Positions 38,491 to 52,129 of a stretch of 64,000 bases of DNA are shown here, piece after piece (the first letter of the stretch is position 1; each line of letters opens with the position of its first letter). Below the pieces are notes generated by a model. The model searched no databases. It had not been told where the DNA came from and saw nothing but the letters and a program-made list of their open reading frames with translations. Origin of the DNA: Octopus sinensis (taxonomy: Eukaryota); assembly GCF_006345805.1 (NCBI RefSeq), contig NC_043017.1, forward strand, positions 22,134,001 to 22,198,000, in the 5' to 3' direction. The translations under genes were made by a program, and so were the position numbers.

Positions 38491-39193
38491 ACCCATACAC
38501 ATACACAAGCAAACAAGAAAAACAATGCATGTAACACAATAATACTAAGACAAAACAATGAAAAAATAATTGAAGAACTCGTCAGTTGAAAAGAGACACT
38601 TCCCCGCTTTTCTATTTGAAGGGGAACTTCTAAAATGGGTTAAAGAATTATACTAGAAACATTCTAATTTTTGAGTTTGAAGCTTTCAAGTATAAATTCT
38701 TCTCTTTCATCATTCTTCTGAGACTGACAAAATATGTACCAGTAATACAAATAATGGTTATTTTTCGACACATTTTATTTTAAAAGAGTTGATATTTTAT
38801 CTTTAATAAATTCTCTGTACAATGTTTTTATTTTTTTCTGTATTTCTTGGCTAAATCTATTACTATCAAAGAATCACATTTTCAAGGTCTCTGATTTTTA
38901 TACTCAATAAGTGAGATAAAAGCGTACTTTCATTTTATGCTTTCTTATTACTGCACCAACAAATATAAACAGAGAAAATAAATAACTTTTTGTTTCATTT
39001 TTGCTTTTGTTCAATATTAATATTTTTTTGGTTATTTTCTCTACTGAAATGGCAGACAGTTTAACAACAGGAACAGTACAAATAACAACAATAATCATAA
39101 GATCAACAACAAAAGCTATGATAATAATAATCATTTCTGATACAGAAATTTGGGGGCCGGAGTTTAGTTGATTACATTGACCCCATTGCTCAA

Positions 39194-39415
39194 CTGGCAG
39201 AATCGTTAGCATGCCGGGTGAAATGCTTTGCAGTATTTCGTCTGTTGTTACGTTGTGAGTTCAAATTCCGCCGAGGTCGACTTTGCCTTTCATCCTTTTG
39301 GGGTCGATAAATTAAGTACCAGTTACGCACTGGGGTCGATATAATTGACTTAATACCTATGTCTGTCCTTGTTTGTTCCCTCTATGTTTAGCCCCTTGTG
39401 GATAATAAAGAAATA
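39194..39415 (+). mobile_element. SINE family B, slightly 5'-truncated, inserted in an oppositely oriented B-related SINE
   Basis: Host ..ccccattgctcaactgg | ggtatttattttattgacc.. flanks the copy. Confidence 0.8.
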
Positions 39416-39449
39416 GGTATTTATTTTATTGACCATGATAGGATGAAAA

Positions 39450-40135
39450 CTCCAAGACTATGGACATAATCCAACCAACTGGCTTGTGGTCTATCTCTCA
39501 ATCTCCAGCTAATTGACCCTACTTGTAAAATCTGACCAGCATTTTTTTCTATGGACATTTGTATCCCACGCTTATCACCAAGGTAAGACCAACTGAAGCT
39601 CCGAGACTATGGACATAATCCAACCAACTGGCTTGAGGTCTATCTCTCAATCTCCAGCTAATTGACCCTACTTGTAAAATCTGTCCAGCAATTTTTTCCT
39701 CAGACATTTGTATCCCATGCTTATCACCAAGGTAAGACCAACTGAAGCTCCAAGACTATGGACATAATCCAACCAACTGGCTTGTGATCTATCTCTCAAT
39801 CTCCAGCTAATTGACCCTACTTGTAAAATCTGTCCAGCAATTTTTTCCTCAGACATTTGTATCCCATGCTTGTTGTGCCAGAGCCATAACTTTTCAATTC
39901 AGTGCAGTAGTGGCTTTACTTGAAGGTGACTTCCTGATCTCCATGCTACACACACCTTATCAAGAAGCATTACTCCATCAACCTGTCACAAGAACCCCAC
40001 TTCATCTCCTTGTTTTCAAGATCATGCTCTTTCAGTCACTACCCAAAATTCATACTGTGAGAATATTCACAGCAACCACTTACATCCCAGGCATCTCCTC
40101 CCACAGCCCCAGTGTTGGCCATACTGGACCACTTA
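39450..40135 (-). mobile_element. Decayed RTE-clade LINE 3' ORF region with a 149-bp tandem triplication at its 3' side
   Basis: Minus translation EFWVVTERA..QGDEVGFL..VDGVMLLDKV..VKPLLH.IEK..MSEEKIAGQIL..RDRSQASWLDYV fits the RTE C-terminal pattern. Repeat units start at 39450, 39599 and 39748. Confidence 0.75.
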
Positions 40136-40572
40136 GAAACAAACAAAATAGAAGCATACAAAGAAAAAAGTGTATTCAATAAAAGTGTCGAAGAATGAAC
40201 TTTCTTTCATACCATAGGGTAATGGAGTAAACATTTGCATGGTTCCATAGACCTATCATTGGTAAAAAAAAAAAGAACCTGCTGCTTTTTTCTTTTTTCT
40301 TTTTTATTCCTAAAAGAAAATATCTCTTAAGAGGAGAAACTCAGTAGAGATGAATGCCTTCATGGCTAATATCAAAATAGTTATGTATCTTTATCTCAGC
40401 TTCAGATATTTTAGATGATAGTTCTTGCCTTGATATTTGCATCTATCATTATTATTATCATCATTATTATTATCATTATTATTATTGTTGTTGTTGTTGT
40501 TATCATTATCATTATTATTATTATTATTAGTTGTTCTTTTTATCATCATTCAATAGTTGTAATTATTTTTGA

Positions 40573-40616
<44 letters not shown>

Positions 40617-40724
40617 TATTAGTTGTTCTTTTTATCATCATTCAATAGTCATAGCTATTCTTGTTGTTATTGTTATTTTTATTAGCAATCTTCATTTTAC
40701 TATCATTATCATTATTATTATTAA

Positions 40725-40764
<40 letters not shown>

Positions 40765-40830
40765 GCTGTTGTTGTTACTGCTGCTGCCATTGTTGTTGTT
40801 GTAACTGACAACAAAACAGTAATCACTATT

Positions 40831-40861
<31 letters not shown>

Positions 40862-41643
40862 GCCCCACCCCCCACCTTCCCCGCTTCCAACCGTTCTAGA
40901 TATTTTCAGTGAACAATAACATCGCCTCGTTGAATATGTTACTGCCGCTGTGTAAATCTACATATTGAAGCGTGTTTTAAATTTTAGAAGTTAAAAGGAA
41001 GTTAACTATTGTCTTTTTTTTTTTTATCGCATTGTTTCAATTTTACTGATTTGAAATGACATCGACAACAACAACAACAACAAAACAACAACAGCAACAA
41101 CAACAAACAAAGAATTAACTTCTGGTTTTATTTCTTGCATTTTGCTTCATGTTGTAAACATTGATAAAATTTTATTATATTTACAGTTTAAAGAATAAAA
41201 ACATTTAAGTTTTTCATGGTATTTGTTAATGTAAATTGTAGCAGAGATGAAAAGGTCCCGTGAATAAAAGATATATGATAATACTGCTTACTTGGGTTCA
41301 AATCTGACGTAGATATTTCATTGTACTTTTGGGGTACAATGTTTTAGACAGATCCATATTTAAACATAATTACTAACACTGTTTATATCAGACAAGACTG
41401 AATGTTTGGATCCACCTGTGCCAAACTCCTGTCAGTAATGTCATTTAATTTCTATCTTGGCCTTCCTTCACCTGTAATCAAACTTTGTACACTAAGTAAA
41501 TTTTCTAATGGCAGAAAATTAAATATTGCAAGCGAGAGGGTCACTCATATCAAGTGACCTCAGATCAATATTACATCAACGAAATCCAGATTAAAATGTT
41601 AATACTTTCACAATCTGCAATGGCTTTTGAAACTGGCAGTTAC

Positions 41644-41691
41644 CTTTAATTTCAAATGCTCTAAAGTTGATAAGAGATACATCTACACCAC
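41644..41691 (-). CDS. Candidate 48-nt symmetric phase-1 exon, (G)GVDVSLINFRAFEIK
   Basis: Strong acceptor gatttgttttccttcag and strong donor AAG|gtaact; only one frame is open. Confidence 0.45.
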
Positions 41692-41891
41692 CTGAAGGAA
41701 AACAAATCACACTGAAGAAGGTGTTTGATTGTCTGAAGAGACATATTCAGTATTAAGCAATGCAACATGTCATATTCTTATACTAAAATCCGCAAGCAAG
41801 GTTTGACAGCCACTCAATCAACATTCGAAAGGCAGTGTCACCATCAGATATTATCAATAGCAATAATAATAATAATAATAATAATAATAAT

Positions 41892-42160
41892 CATCATCAT
41901 CATCATCGTTCAATGTCTGCTTTCCATGCTGGCATGAGTTGGACGGTTTGACTGGGGACTGGTGAGCCAGATGGCTGTACCAGGCTCCAATCTGATCTGG
42001 CAGGGTTTCTACAGCTGGATGCCCTTCCTAATGCCAACCACTCTGAGAGTGTAGTGGGTGCTTTTATGTGCCACCGGCACGATCGGATGGTGCTCTAAGC
42101 GCTCCACTAGCACCGATGCCAGTCGTCATGCAGTGCTGTCATCGAATTTGATTTCGATTA
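41892..42160 (-). mobile_element. SINE family C with short internal repeat and remnant (AAATC)-type 5' flank
   Basis: catcat tail, ctacagctggatgcccttcctaatgccaacc core, aatttgatttcgatt at the far end. Confidence 0.8.
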
Positions 42161-42411
42161 ATAATAATGATAATAATAATAATAATAATAATAGTCTTTT
42201 CTAGTAAAAGCACATGGCCTGAAATCTATGGGGAGGGGAATAGTTGGTTACAGTGATCCCCAGTGTTTGACTGGTATATAATTTACCAACCCTAAAAGGA
42301 TGAAAGGTGGAGTCAGCCTCGGCAGAATTTGAATTAAGAATGTATTGATAGATGAAATACCACAAAGCATTTTTCCTGGTATGCTAATGACCCCACCGGT
42401 TTGCTACCTTG

Positions 42412-42442
<31 letters not shown>

Positions 42443-42471
42443 TGATAATAATAATAATGATAATAATAATA

Positions 42472-42680
42472 ATCATCGTTTAACGTCCACTTTCCATGTT
42501 AGCATGGGTTGGATGATTTGACTGAGGGCTGGCAAACCAGATGGCTGCACCAGGCTCCAGTCTTGATCTGGCAGAGTTTCTACAGCTGGATGCCCTTCCT
42601 AATGCCAACCTCTCTGAGAGTGTAGTGGGTGCTTTTACGTGCCACTGGCACAGGGGCCAGTCAGGAGGTACTGGCAAATA
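42472..42680 (-). mobile_element. SINE family C
   Basis: Same core and tail as 41892-42160. Confidence 0.8.
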
Positions 42681-42705
42681 ATGATAATGATGATGATGAT
42701 GCTAA

Positions 42706-42903
42706 CATACACCAGAAAAGGTAATGGATGAAAAGGGGAAGGCAAAAATCCTCTGGGACTTTGACTTCCAGACAGACAGACAAGGTATTAGAGTACCATA
42801 CATTGAATATAGTAACCTTTAGGAGTGACAAACAAGAATGCCTAATAATTGATGTGGCAGTGCCAAGAGATCAACATATCATCATGAAAGAAAGAGAAAA
42901 GGT
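42706..42903 (+). mobile_element. Fragment of an R4/Dong-type non-LTR retrotransposon, restriction-like endonuclease (PD-D/ExK) region, frameshifted
   Basis: HTPEKVMDEKGKAKILWDFDFQTDR / KVLEYHTLNIVTFRSDKQECLIIDVAVPRDQHIIMKEREKV matches the ILWDF.QTD..PDI..C.IIDVAVP.D..KE.EK signature. Confidence 0.75.
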
Positions 42904-45158
42904 TCCACTTGTGTGGACCACCCAGAAGTCTTATATGGACCGCCAGGATCAATGTGGACCTCAGCAGTGAACTGCTGTCTTAAACTTTTGAAGGTATATG
43001 GTCATTCTGGAGCAGGGCCACAGTCTAATGAGTAAAATCAGCAAAAGGCTAAAAGAGTAATTCAAATCATTGGAGTAAATTAATTCTATCAAATGGATGT
43101 TAATTAAGTTGGTTTCTCAATAAAGTAATTTCTTCTTAATTGCTACAGATATCTAATCATCAGTCACTCAAGAAGCCTTCATAATCACAAACAGTGACCA
43201 TATTGAACAGAAACTTATTTCAAGAATTATATTTTTAAAATATCTACATATTTATTTGCCTTCAGTCAAAGAAATTTTCTATCTATATTCATAGAGTTTT
43301 TGTTTTGTTTGCTTGTTTGCATTTTGTGTCACATTTTTTTTTTATATCCTCTTTTTAAATTTGCTATTATTACACAAATTTATTTGAGAGTTGCTTTCTG
43401 CAATAATTTAATTCTCACGCAAGGAATTATTAATGGAAAATATGAATTATATAACAAATAAAACAAAGTAATAAAAAAACACACGAAAAGCTTATATTTA
43501 CTAATTGTGGTTGTTTTACATTAATTTTTTGTATTTTTGTTTATTTCTTGAAAACTTCAAAAAAAAAAAAGAAAAGAGAAACAAGAAAATCTCAAGTAAT
43601 ATATCTCTAATAATGATTGTCTTTTTAATTTCTTTCTTTTTTTATGAGAAAGAAATTCAAGTAAATTAAATGGAATTATTATGATTATTAAGTATAAAGG
43701 AGAGAGAGAGTGAGTGGTGGTAGGTGGGTGGGTGGAGAAGTTAAGGAAGGAGAAATAAACAGACTGAAGAGGAAATTAGAGCAATAAAGTGAAGGGATAC
43801 CAAATTAACATGTTGATAAGCAGATTGATTGCTTACTCATTGTCATATATTATTTTTGTCTATATATATCTATTAAAACACACACACTTATATATATATG
43901 TGTGTGTGTGTGTGTGTATATGTATATTAAAACACACACACACACTTATATATATATAAAAGAGTGTGTGTGTGTATTAATGAATTAATTCTAAATGATT
44001 TGAATGTTGATACATAAATTAATAAGAAATATTGAAATGTCAAAAAAAAAAGAACTAATGGAACAACAAACACTGCTCTTCCACATTAAAACTTAATGAG
44101 TGCAGCATGCAATTACGCTAATGATTTCCTACGTTGGTAAAGTCCATTAATATATATAGGGGTGGAGCACAGTTTAGTCAGCTGATTCCCAGCATATGAC
44201 TAGTATTCAGGAAAAAAAAAAAAGACAAGACTGATCAAAGTGGAATTTGAACTCAGAAAGCAGAGATGTATCAGTGATGAACAAGGCATTCCAGTGGGCC
44301 ATCAGTAGTTCTTATCAAGATACTAGTTATTTTTTGAATAAGACTATCTAACGTTTAAATGAATTAAAAATAATTTCACTTCAGTATCTGTTATATCATC
44401 AACATCATCATCATCATCAACATCATCATCATCATCAACATCATCATCATTTGACGTTTGTTTTCCATGCTGGCAGGGGTTGGACGGTTTGACAGGACCT
44501 GGCCAAGCAGAAGATTGCACCAGGCTTCACTGTCTTTTCTGGCATAGTTTTTATGGTTGGATGCCTTTCCTAACACCAACAACCCCTTAGGGTTGACTAA
44601 TTCCTGATAAATTTCTTGGTTTCAAATATTTTATGTCACATTTTGATGTGGCAAGCTAGCAGAATCATTAGCATTTGAAGGCTGCAAGCTGGCAGAAATG
44701 TTAATGCGCTGGGTGAAATGCTTAGTCGTATTTTCATCCTTTCAGGGTTGATGAAATAAATACCAGTTACTCACTGGGGTTGATGCAATCAACAAGTCCC
44801 TCCCCTCCAAATTTCAGGCCTTGTGCCTTTAGTAGAAAAGGTCATATTTATCTTTTACTTGTTTTAGGCACCTGAATTTTCTTCAAACAAATCAACTTTT
44901 TTAAAAATCTGGTATTTATTTTTATTGTTCTCTTTTGCCAAACTTCTAAGTTACATGGATTTAAACACCAGCACTGGCTGCCCAAGAAGTGGTGGGGAAC
45001 AAATACACATGCACACACATACACACACACACTTATGCACAAATATATATGTCAGGCTTCTTTCAGTTTCTGTCTACCAAATCTATCCGCAAGTAAGGCT
45101 GCAGTCTAATGAGCGAAACAAATAAAAGATAGAAGCAATGAAGATTTCTGCAAAATCT

Positions 45159-45552
45159 GGCTGTGTGGTAAGTAGCTTGCTTACCAACCACATGGTTCTG
45201 GGTTCAGTCCCACTGTGTGGCATCTTGGGCAAGTGTCTTCTACTATAGCCTCGGGCCGACCAAAGCCTTGTGAGTGGATTTGGTAGACAGAAACTGAAAG
45301 AAGCCCGTCGTATATATGTATATATATATATATGTATGTGTGTGTATGTTTGTGTGTCTGTGTTTGTCCCCCTAGCATTGTTTGACAACCGATGTGTTTA
45401 CGTCCCCTTCACTTAGCGGTTCGGCAAAAGAGACTGATAGAATAAGTACTGGGCTTACAAAGAATAAGTCCCGGGGTCGAGTTGCTCGACTAAATGTGGT
45501 GCTCCAGCATGGCCGCAGTCAAATGACTGAAACAAGTAAAAGAGTAAAGAGT
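45159..45552 (+). mobile_element. SINE family A, slightly 5'-truncated
   Basis: High similarity to 33511-33921. Confidence 0.9.
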
Positions 45553-46199
45553 AAGCTCTACGGACACTTGAGGGTTTATTTCCCCTCACATTCTTTTGCT
45601 ATACAAAATGGCATACATTTTTTCCTATAGTAGAAGACACTTGCCCCAAGTTCCATGCGATGGGATTGAACCTGGAGCCATGTGGTTGAGAAACAAACTT
45701 CTAACCATGCAGCCACACATATTACTGCATATCATTACTATGACAGATTCACAGTTTATCATCTCTTTGACTCATTTTATACAATTTACTCATTTGAACA
45801 TGAAAGAAAATTAATTACTGGTTGCAGTCACAACATTGTTTTCAATTCCATCCTGCTTTCTGGTTTAATCTAGCTTGCGTTTTGCATGTAGAATCTAAAT
45901 TGATGTACTAATTCGCCCTTTATCATACCAACAACTTGGAATCCATAGACCAGTCACAAAATTTAAATATGAGAACCTTCGCTTAAATATGAGAAACTTC
46001 AGTGCTGGTGATACGATATCTCACAAATTTGAGACCATAATTGATGAGTTTGATAAAATACTAATTAAAATTCTCGACAGCCACAAAGTTATTTCCTGAT
46101 GCTTTTCAATGGAAGAATGATATCTACCTCTTTCCCTGCACCCCACCCCCCACCCCGCAACCAACCAGTTATTAATTGAATGTTTTTCCACCGAAAGAG

Positions 46200-46700
46200 A
46201 TGACAACGACGACGACGATGATAATGATGATGATTATAATACTGATGAAGATGATGATGATGATGATGATGATGATGATAATGATGATGATGATTATAAT
46301 ACTGATGATGATGATGATGATTATAATACTGATGAAGATGATGATGATGATGATTATAATACTGATGATGATGATGATTATAATACTGATGATGATGACT
46401 ATAATACTGATGATGATGATGATTATAATACTGATGAAGATGATGATGATGCTGATTATAATACTGATGAAGATGATGATGATGATGATTATAATACTGA
46501 TGATGATGATGATGATGATGATTATAATACTGATGATGATGATGACTATAATATGATGATGATGATGATTATAATACTGATGAAGATGATGATGATGATG
46601 CTGATTATAATACTGATGAAGATGATGATGATGATGATTATAATACTGATGAAGATGATGATGATGATAATAATAATAATAATAACGATGATGTTAATAA
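46200..46700. repeat. Compound (GAT)n repeat punctuated by GATTATAATACT units
   Basis: Direct inspection. Confidence 0.9.
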
Positions 46701-47017
46701 TGTTTTGCGAAAGATATTTCAAAATGAAGATCCCATACAATTATGAAGAATGATTTCTCGGATTTATGATGATATCAAAATATTAACAATCAAATCATTG
46801 TCGGTAATCAATGGAAGACAGAGCTATCAACTGGAACCATTCAGCCAGATAGGTAGTTGAACCATGGCAAAATCTGGTCAGTCACTCTGCTCTCGCACAA
46901 AGCGTTCTCTAACTAGTTTGTTATCTGACTTAACATGACCTGTCCAAAACAATGTGAAATTGAATTATACATCTTTAAGTGTGTATGTGTGTGCATGTGT
47001 GATTCTGAGTGAGACTC

Positions 47018-47048
<31 letters not shown>

Positions 47049-47179
47049 AGGTTTCTGTGTGTATGTGTGCTTTAGTAGATGATGCGTGTGTGTGTGTATG
47101 AATAAATATTTTTCTCTTTCTTTCTTCCTCTCTGTATGTGAAACTTTCTCCCCCTCTCTTTCTCTCTCTTATTTCCTCT

Positions 47180-48200
47180 CACATACATACATACATACAT
47201 ACATACATATTTACATTCATACATGCATATATGCATACATATATGCATGCATGCATACATTACATACATACATGCATACATACATACATACATTACATAC
47301 ATACATACATACATGCATGCATACAAACATACATACATACATACATAAATACATGCATGCATACATCATACATACATACATATATACATTACATACATAC
47401 ATGCATACATATATACATACATACATACACGCATACATATATACATACATACATGCATACATATATACATACATATATACATACATACATACATGCATAC
47501 ATATATACATACATACATACACGCATACATATATACATACATACATGCATACATATATACATACATATATACATTACATACATACATGCATACATATATA
47601 CATACATACATACACGCATACATATATACATACATACATGCATACATATATACATACATATATACATACATACATACATGCATACATATATACATACATA
47701 CATACACGCATACATATATACATACATACATGCATACATATATACATACATATATACATTACATACATACATGCATACATATATACATACATACATACAC
47801 GCATACATATATACATACATGCATACATATATACATACATACACGCATACATATATACATACATACATGCATACATATATACATACATACACGCATACAT
47901 ATATACATACATACATGCATACATATATACATACATATATACATACATACATACACGCATACATATATACATACATACATGCATACATATATACATACAT
48001 ATATACATACATACATGCATACATATATACATACATACACGCATACATATATACATACATACATGCATACATATATACATACATAATATACATACATACA
48101 TACAGCATACATATCATATATACATACATACACGATACATCTATATACATATACATGCATACATATATAACATACATATATACATACATACATATGTGCA
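47180..48200. repeat. (CATA)n-derived satellite with higher-order 20-24-bp variants
   Basis: Recurring acatacatac(at/ac)gcatacatatat units. Confidence 0.9.
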
Positions 48201-48319
48201 CACTTACGTAGAGTCCAGGGCAGTGCACATGTGATCTGCATGATTGCCATGTCTTTCCTTCTGAAATACACACACACAGAGAAATGCATGCACATCAAGG
48301 AGAACAGACATATAAAGGC

Positions 48320-49225
48320 ATACACACCACACACACACACACAACACAGAGACATGCAAACACAGGCACACACACAAATGCATACACACACATACAGAGG
48401 CACAAACACTGGGGCATACACACATGCATGCACACACATGCACATACGCAAAGAGACACAAACACACACGGACATTCCCAAGCATACACACACACACACA
48501 CAAAGAAGCTCAAACACACTAGAATACACATGCATATGCAAACACGTACACACGTGTGCACACGCAGAGGCAAACCACAGGCTGATGCACGGGCACATGC
48601 AGATGCACAAATACAGAGGAATATATACACACATACACCCAAATGTCCAGCTACACACATCACACACATGAAAAGGAACAAACATGCACAAAGGCAAACA
48701 CACAGGTATGCACACACACACACACTCGCACATACACACGCACACACACACAGACACGCACACACACACACACACGCACACACGCACATGCACACACGCA
48801 CACACGCACAGACACGCACACACACATGCACACACACACGCGCACACACACACACACACACAGACACGCACACACGCACACACACGCACACACACACGCA
48901 CACACGCACAGACACGCACACCACATGCACACACACCGCGCACTACACACACACCCACACAGACACGCACACACACACAACACGCACACAAACACACGCA
49001 CACACGCACAGACACGCACACACACATGCACACACACACGCGCACACACACACAGACACGCACACACGCACACACACACACACACACACGCACACACGCA
49101 CAGACACGCACACACACATGCACACACACACGCGCACACACACAGACACACGCACACACACACACACGCACACACACACACATGCATGCACACACGCAAA
49201 GACACACACACACACACACACACAA
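48320..49225. repeat. (CA)n-derived degenerate repeat with higher-order blocks
   Basis: gcacacacgcacagacacgcacacacacatgcacacacacacgcg recurs several times. Confidence 0.9.
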
Positions 49226-49506
49226 AGAGGCATAAATACGCAGGCACTAACCCCCCTCCTACGCAGACACACACAAAAGCAAACAATCTAATCTACCAAG
49301 AGAGTCCTCTTCTATCATTCACATTTTCCCTCTTCCTCCACCTCCTCTTCCTCCTCCCTTTCTTTCCCTCTTTCTCAAAGACCTGCAAATTACTCTGTAC
49401 CTTTATTTATTATCTAACCTTGCCTTCTGGCACCCCTAACTACCTCAAACATACACAATCAACAATGTAAGTAATTTACAACTAAAAATTACAAATACAC
49501 ATACAT

Positions 49507-50140
49507 AGGAGTGGCTGTGTGGTAAGTAGCTTGTTTACCAACCACATGGTTCCGGGTTCAGTCCCACTGCGTGGCACCTTGGGCAAGTATCTTCTACTAT
49601 ATATTTCTTTACTACCCAAAAGGGGCTAAACACAGAGGAGACAAACAAGGACAGACAAACGGATTAAGTTGATTACGTCGACCCCAGTGCGTTACTGGTA
49701 CTTAATTTATCGACCCCAAAAGGATGAAAAGCAAAGTCGACCTCGGCGGAATTTGAACTCGAAACGTAACGGTAAACAAAATACTGCTAGGCATTTCGCC
49801 CAGCATGCTAACGTTTCTGCCAGCTCGCTGAGCCTCGGGCCGACCAAAGCCTTGTGAGTGGATTTGGTAGACGGAAACTGAAAGAAGCCCGTCGTATATA
49901 TGTATACATATATATATATGTATGTGTGTTTGTGTGTCTGTGTTTGTCCCCCCAACATCACTTGACAACCGATGCTGGTGTGTTTACATCCCTGTAACTT
50001 AGCGGTTCGGCAAAAGAGACTGATACAATAAGTACTGGGCTTACAAAGAATAAGTGCCAGGGTCGAGTTGCTTGATTAAGGGCAGTGCTCCAGCATGGCC
50101 ACAGTCAAATGACTGAAACAAATAAAAGAGTAAAAGAGTA
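49507..50140 (+). mobile_element. SINE family A split by an antisense family-B copy (49601-49830)
   Basis: Host cttctactat | agcctcgggcc is interrupted by a reverse-complement B element. Confidence 0.9.
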
Positions 50141-50527
50141 CACATACCAACACACACACACACACACAATAATCCTTTCTACTGGAAGCCAAGGTCTCAA
50201 ATTTGGAGGAGGAAGAAAGGCAAAGTCAACCTTGGCAGAATTTGAACTCAGAATGTAGTGACAGACAAAATACTGCTAAGAGAGAGAGAGAGGGAAGAAA
50301 GAAAAGAGATATATATATGATGAATGGAGTATACGAATATATTTGCATTTGAAAACATATATTTATATATATGCTTACATATATTTGTATATCTATCTGT
50401 CTATCACATCATCATCATCATCATTCTAATGTTTACTTTGCCCAGACAGACAGAGAATATATATACTTACGCACAGTCACACCTGCACATATATATATAT
50501 ATATATATATATAAACACAAACACACA

Positions 50528-50564
<37 letters not shown>

Positions 50565-50824
50565 ACACACACCACATATATTATATAATATATATATATA
50601 TATATATTACACGTACACAGAGAGAGTCATTTGACTGCAGCCATACTGGAGCACCACCTTTAGTTGAACAAATTGACCCCAAGACTTATTCTTTGTAAGC
50701 CTAGTACTTATTCTATCAGTCTTTTTTTGCCAAACTGCTAAGTTACAGGGATGTAAAGACACCAACATCAGTTGTCAAGCGATGGTTGGTGGGGATGAAG
50801 ACAGACACACAAACATACATACAT

Positions 50825-50861
<37 letters not shown>

Positions 50862-50862
50862 T

Positions 50863-50895
<33 letters not shown>

Positions 50896-50902
50896 TACAT
50901 AT

Positions 50903-50933
<31 letters not shown>

Positions 50934-51005
50934 TACACACATACATACATACATACATACATACACACATAAATACATACATACATACATACATACATAC
51001 ATACA

Positions 51006-51041
<36 letters not shown>

Positions 51042-51295
51042 TATGTACGTAGTGGTTTTACTTATCTTATAATATACTTTTTAATACTTTTTGATAGTTA
51101 TATATAATTTAATATTAAAAAAAAAATTTTAATTATGAATATAAATATGAATTAATAATTTTAAATTTAAATAATTTAAATTTTATATATTTTGTTAATC
51201 ATATTAATTATTTTATTTGATGTTTGGTTTATGTTTTTCGCACTGTTTGATTTGCCAAATAGTGGTTTTATCTCTATTTAATTTTATTATATATA

Positions 51296-51334
<39 letters not shown>

Positions 51335-51414
51335 ATATATAGATATATTTATATATATTATATAGCCTTATATATATATATATATTTTATATTATATATT
51401 ATATATATATATAT

Positions 51415-51446
<32 letters not shown>

Positions 51447-51530
51447 ATATTAGTATATTATATTTATATATATATCGATATATATTATATATATATATAT
51501 ATATATATGTATATAATACTATATATATAG

Positions 51531-51561
<31 letters not shown>

Positions 51562-52102
51562 TATTATATATATCTATATATAAAGAGGGAGAGAGAAACA
51601 GAGAGATTGAAGTTGATCAATTAATAGATAGACAGATAGATTATATAATACATAATACATATCTAAATTAAAATTAACAAATTTACTTTTCTTCTCTTCC
51701 CCTACTGTTATTAACCATCTTATCCAAGAAGGAAAATTTTATACGATATGCTAATTCCAGAAGATGAAAGCAAATCAATCCAAATTGAATGAAACTAAAC
51801 AAAATCCGACTGTTATTACGATAGGAAAATCTCCACAACCCTACCTTGCCACACTCACACACACACACACACACACACACACAGATGGTCTCATATACAC
51901 ACTCATGCAGATAAACACATTTGCACATACACATACCAGAGGTGATGACCAGAATCACATTAGTTATTCAGGGAGATAAGAAATATCAAGATTTATGACT
52001 TTCCAATAGTTAAAGCAATATAATCAGCATTGAAGCCATTTCCTGGCCAATTTAATATACATGCTCACAATTATTGTGAAGATTCCTTATTTCCAACTTC
52101 AG

Positions 52103-52129
52103 CTCTGTACCTAATTCAATCATGGAGAG
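52103..52129 (+). other. Candidate 27-nt micro-exon
   Basis: Acceptor attccttatttccaacttcag and donor GAG|gtaagg. Two frames are open (LYLIQSWR or SVPNSIME), and it contains aatcATGG. Confidence 0.35.
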
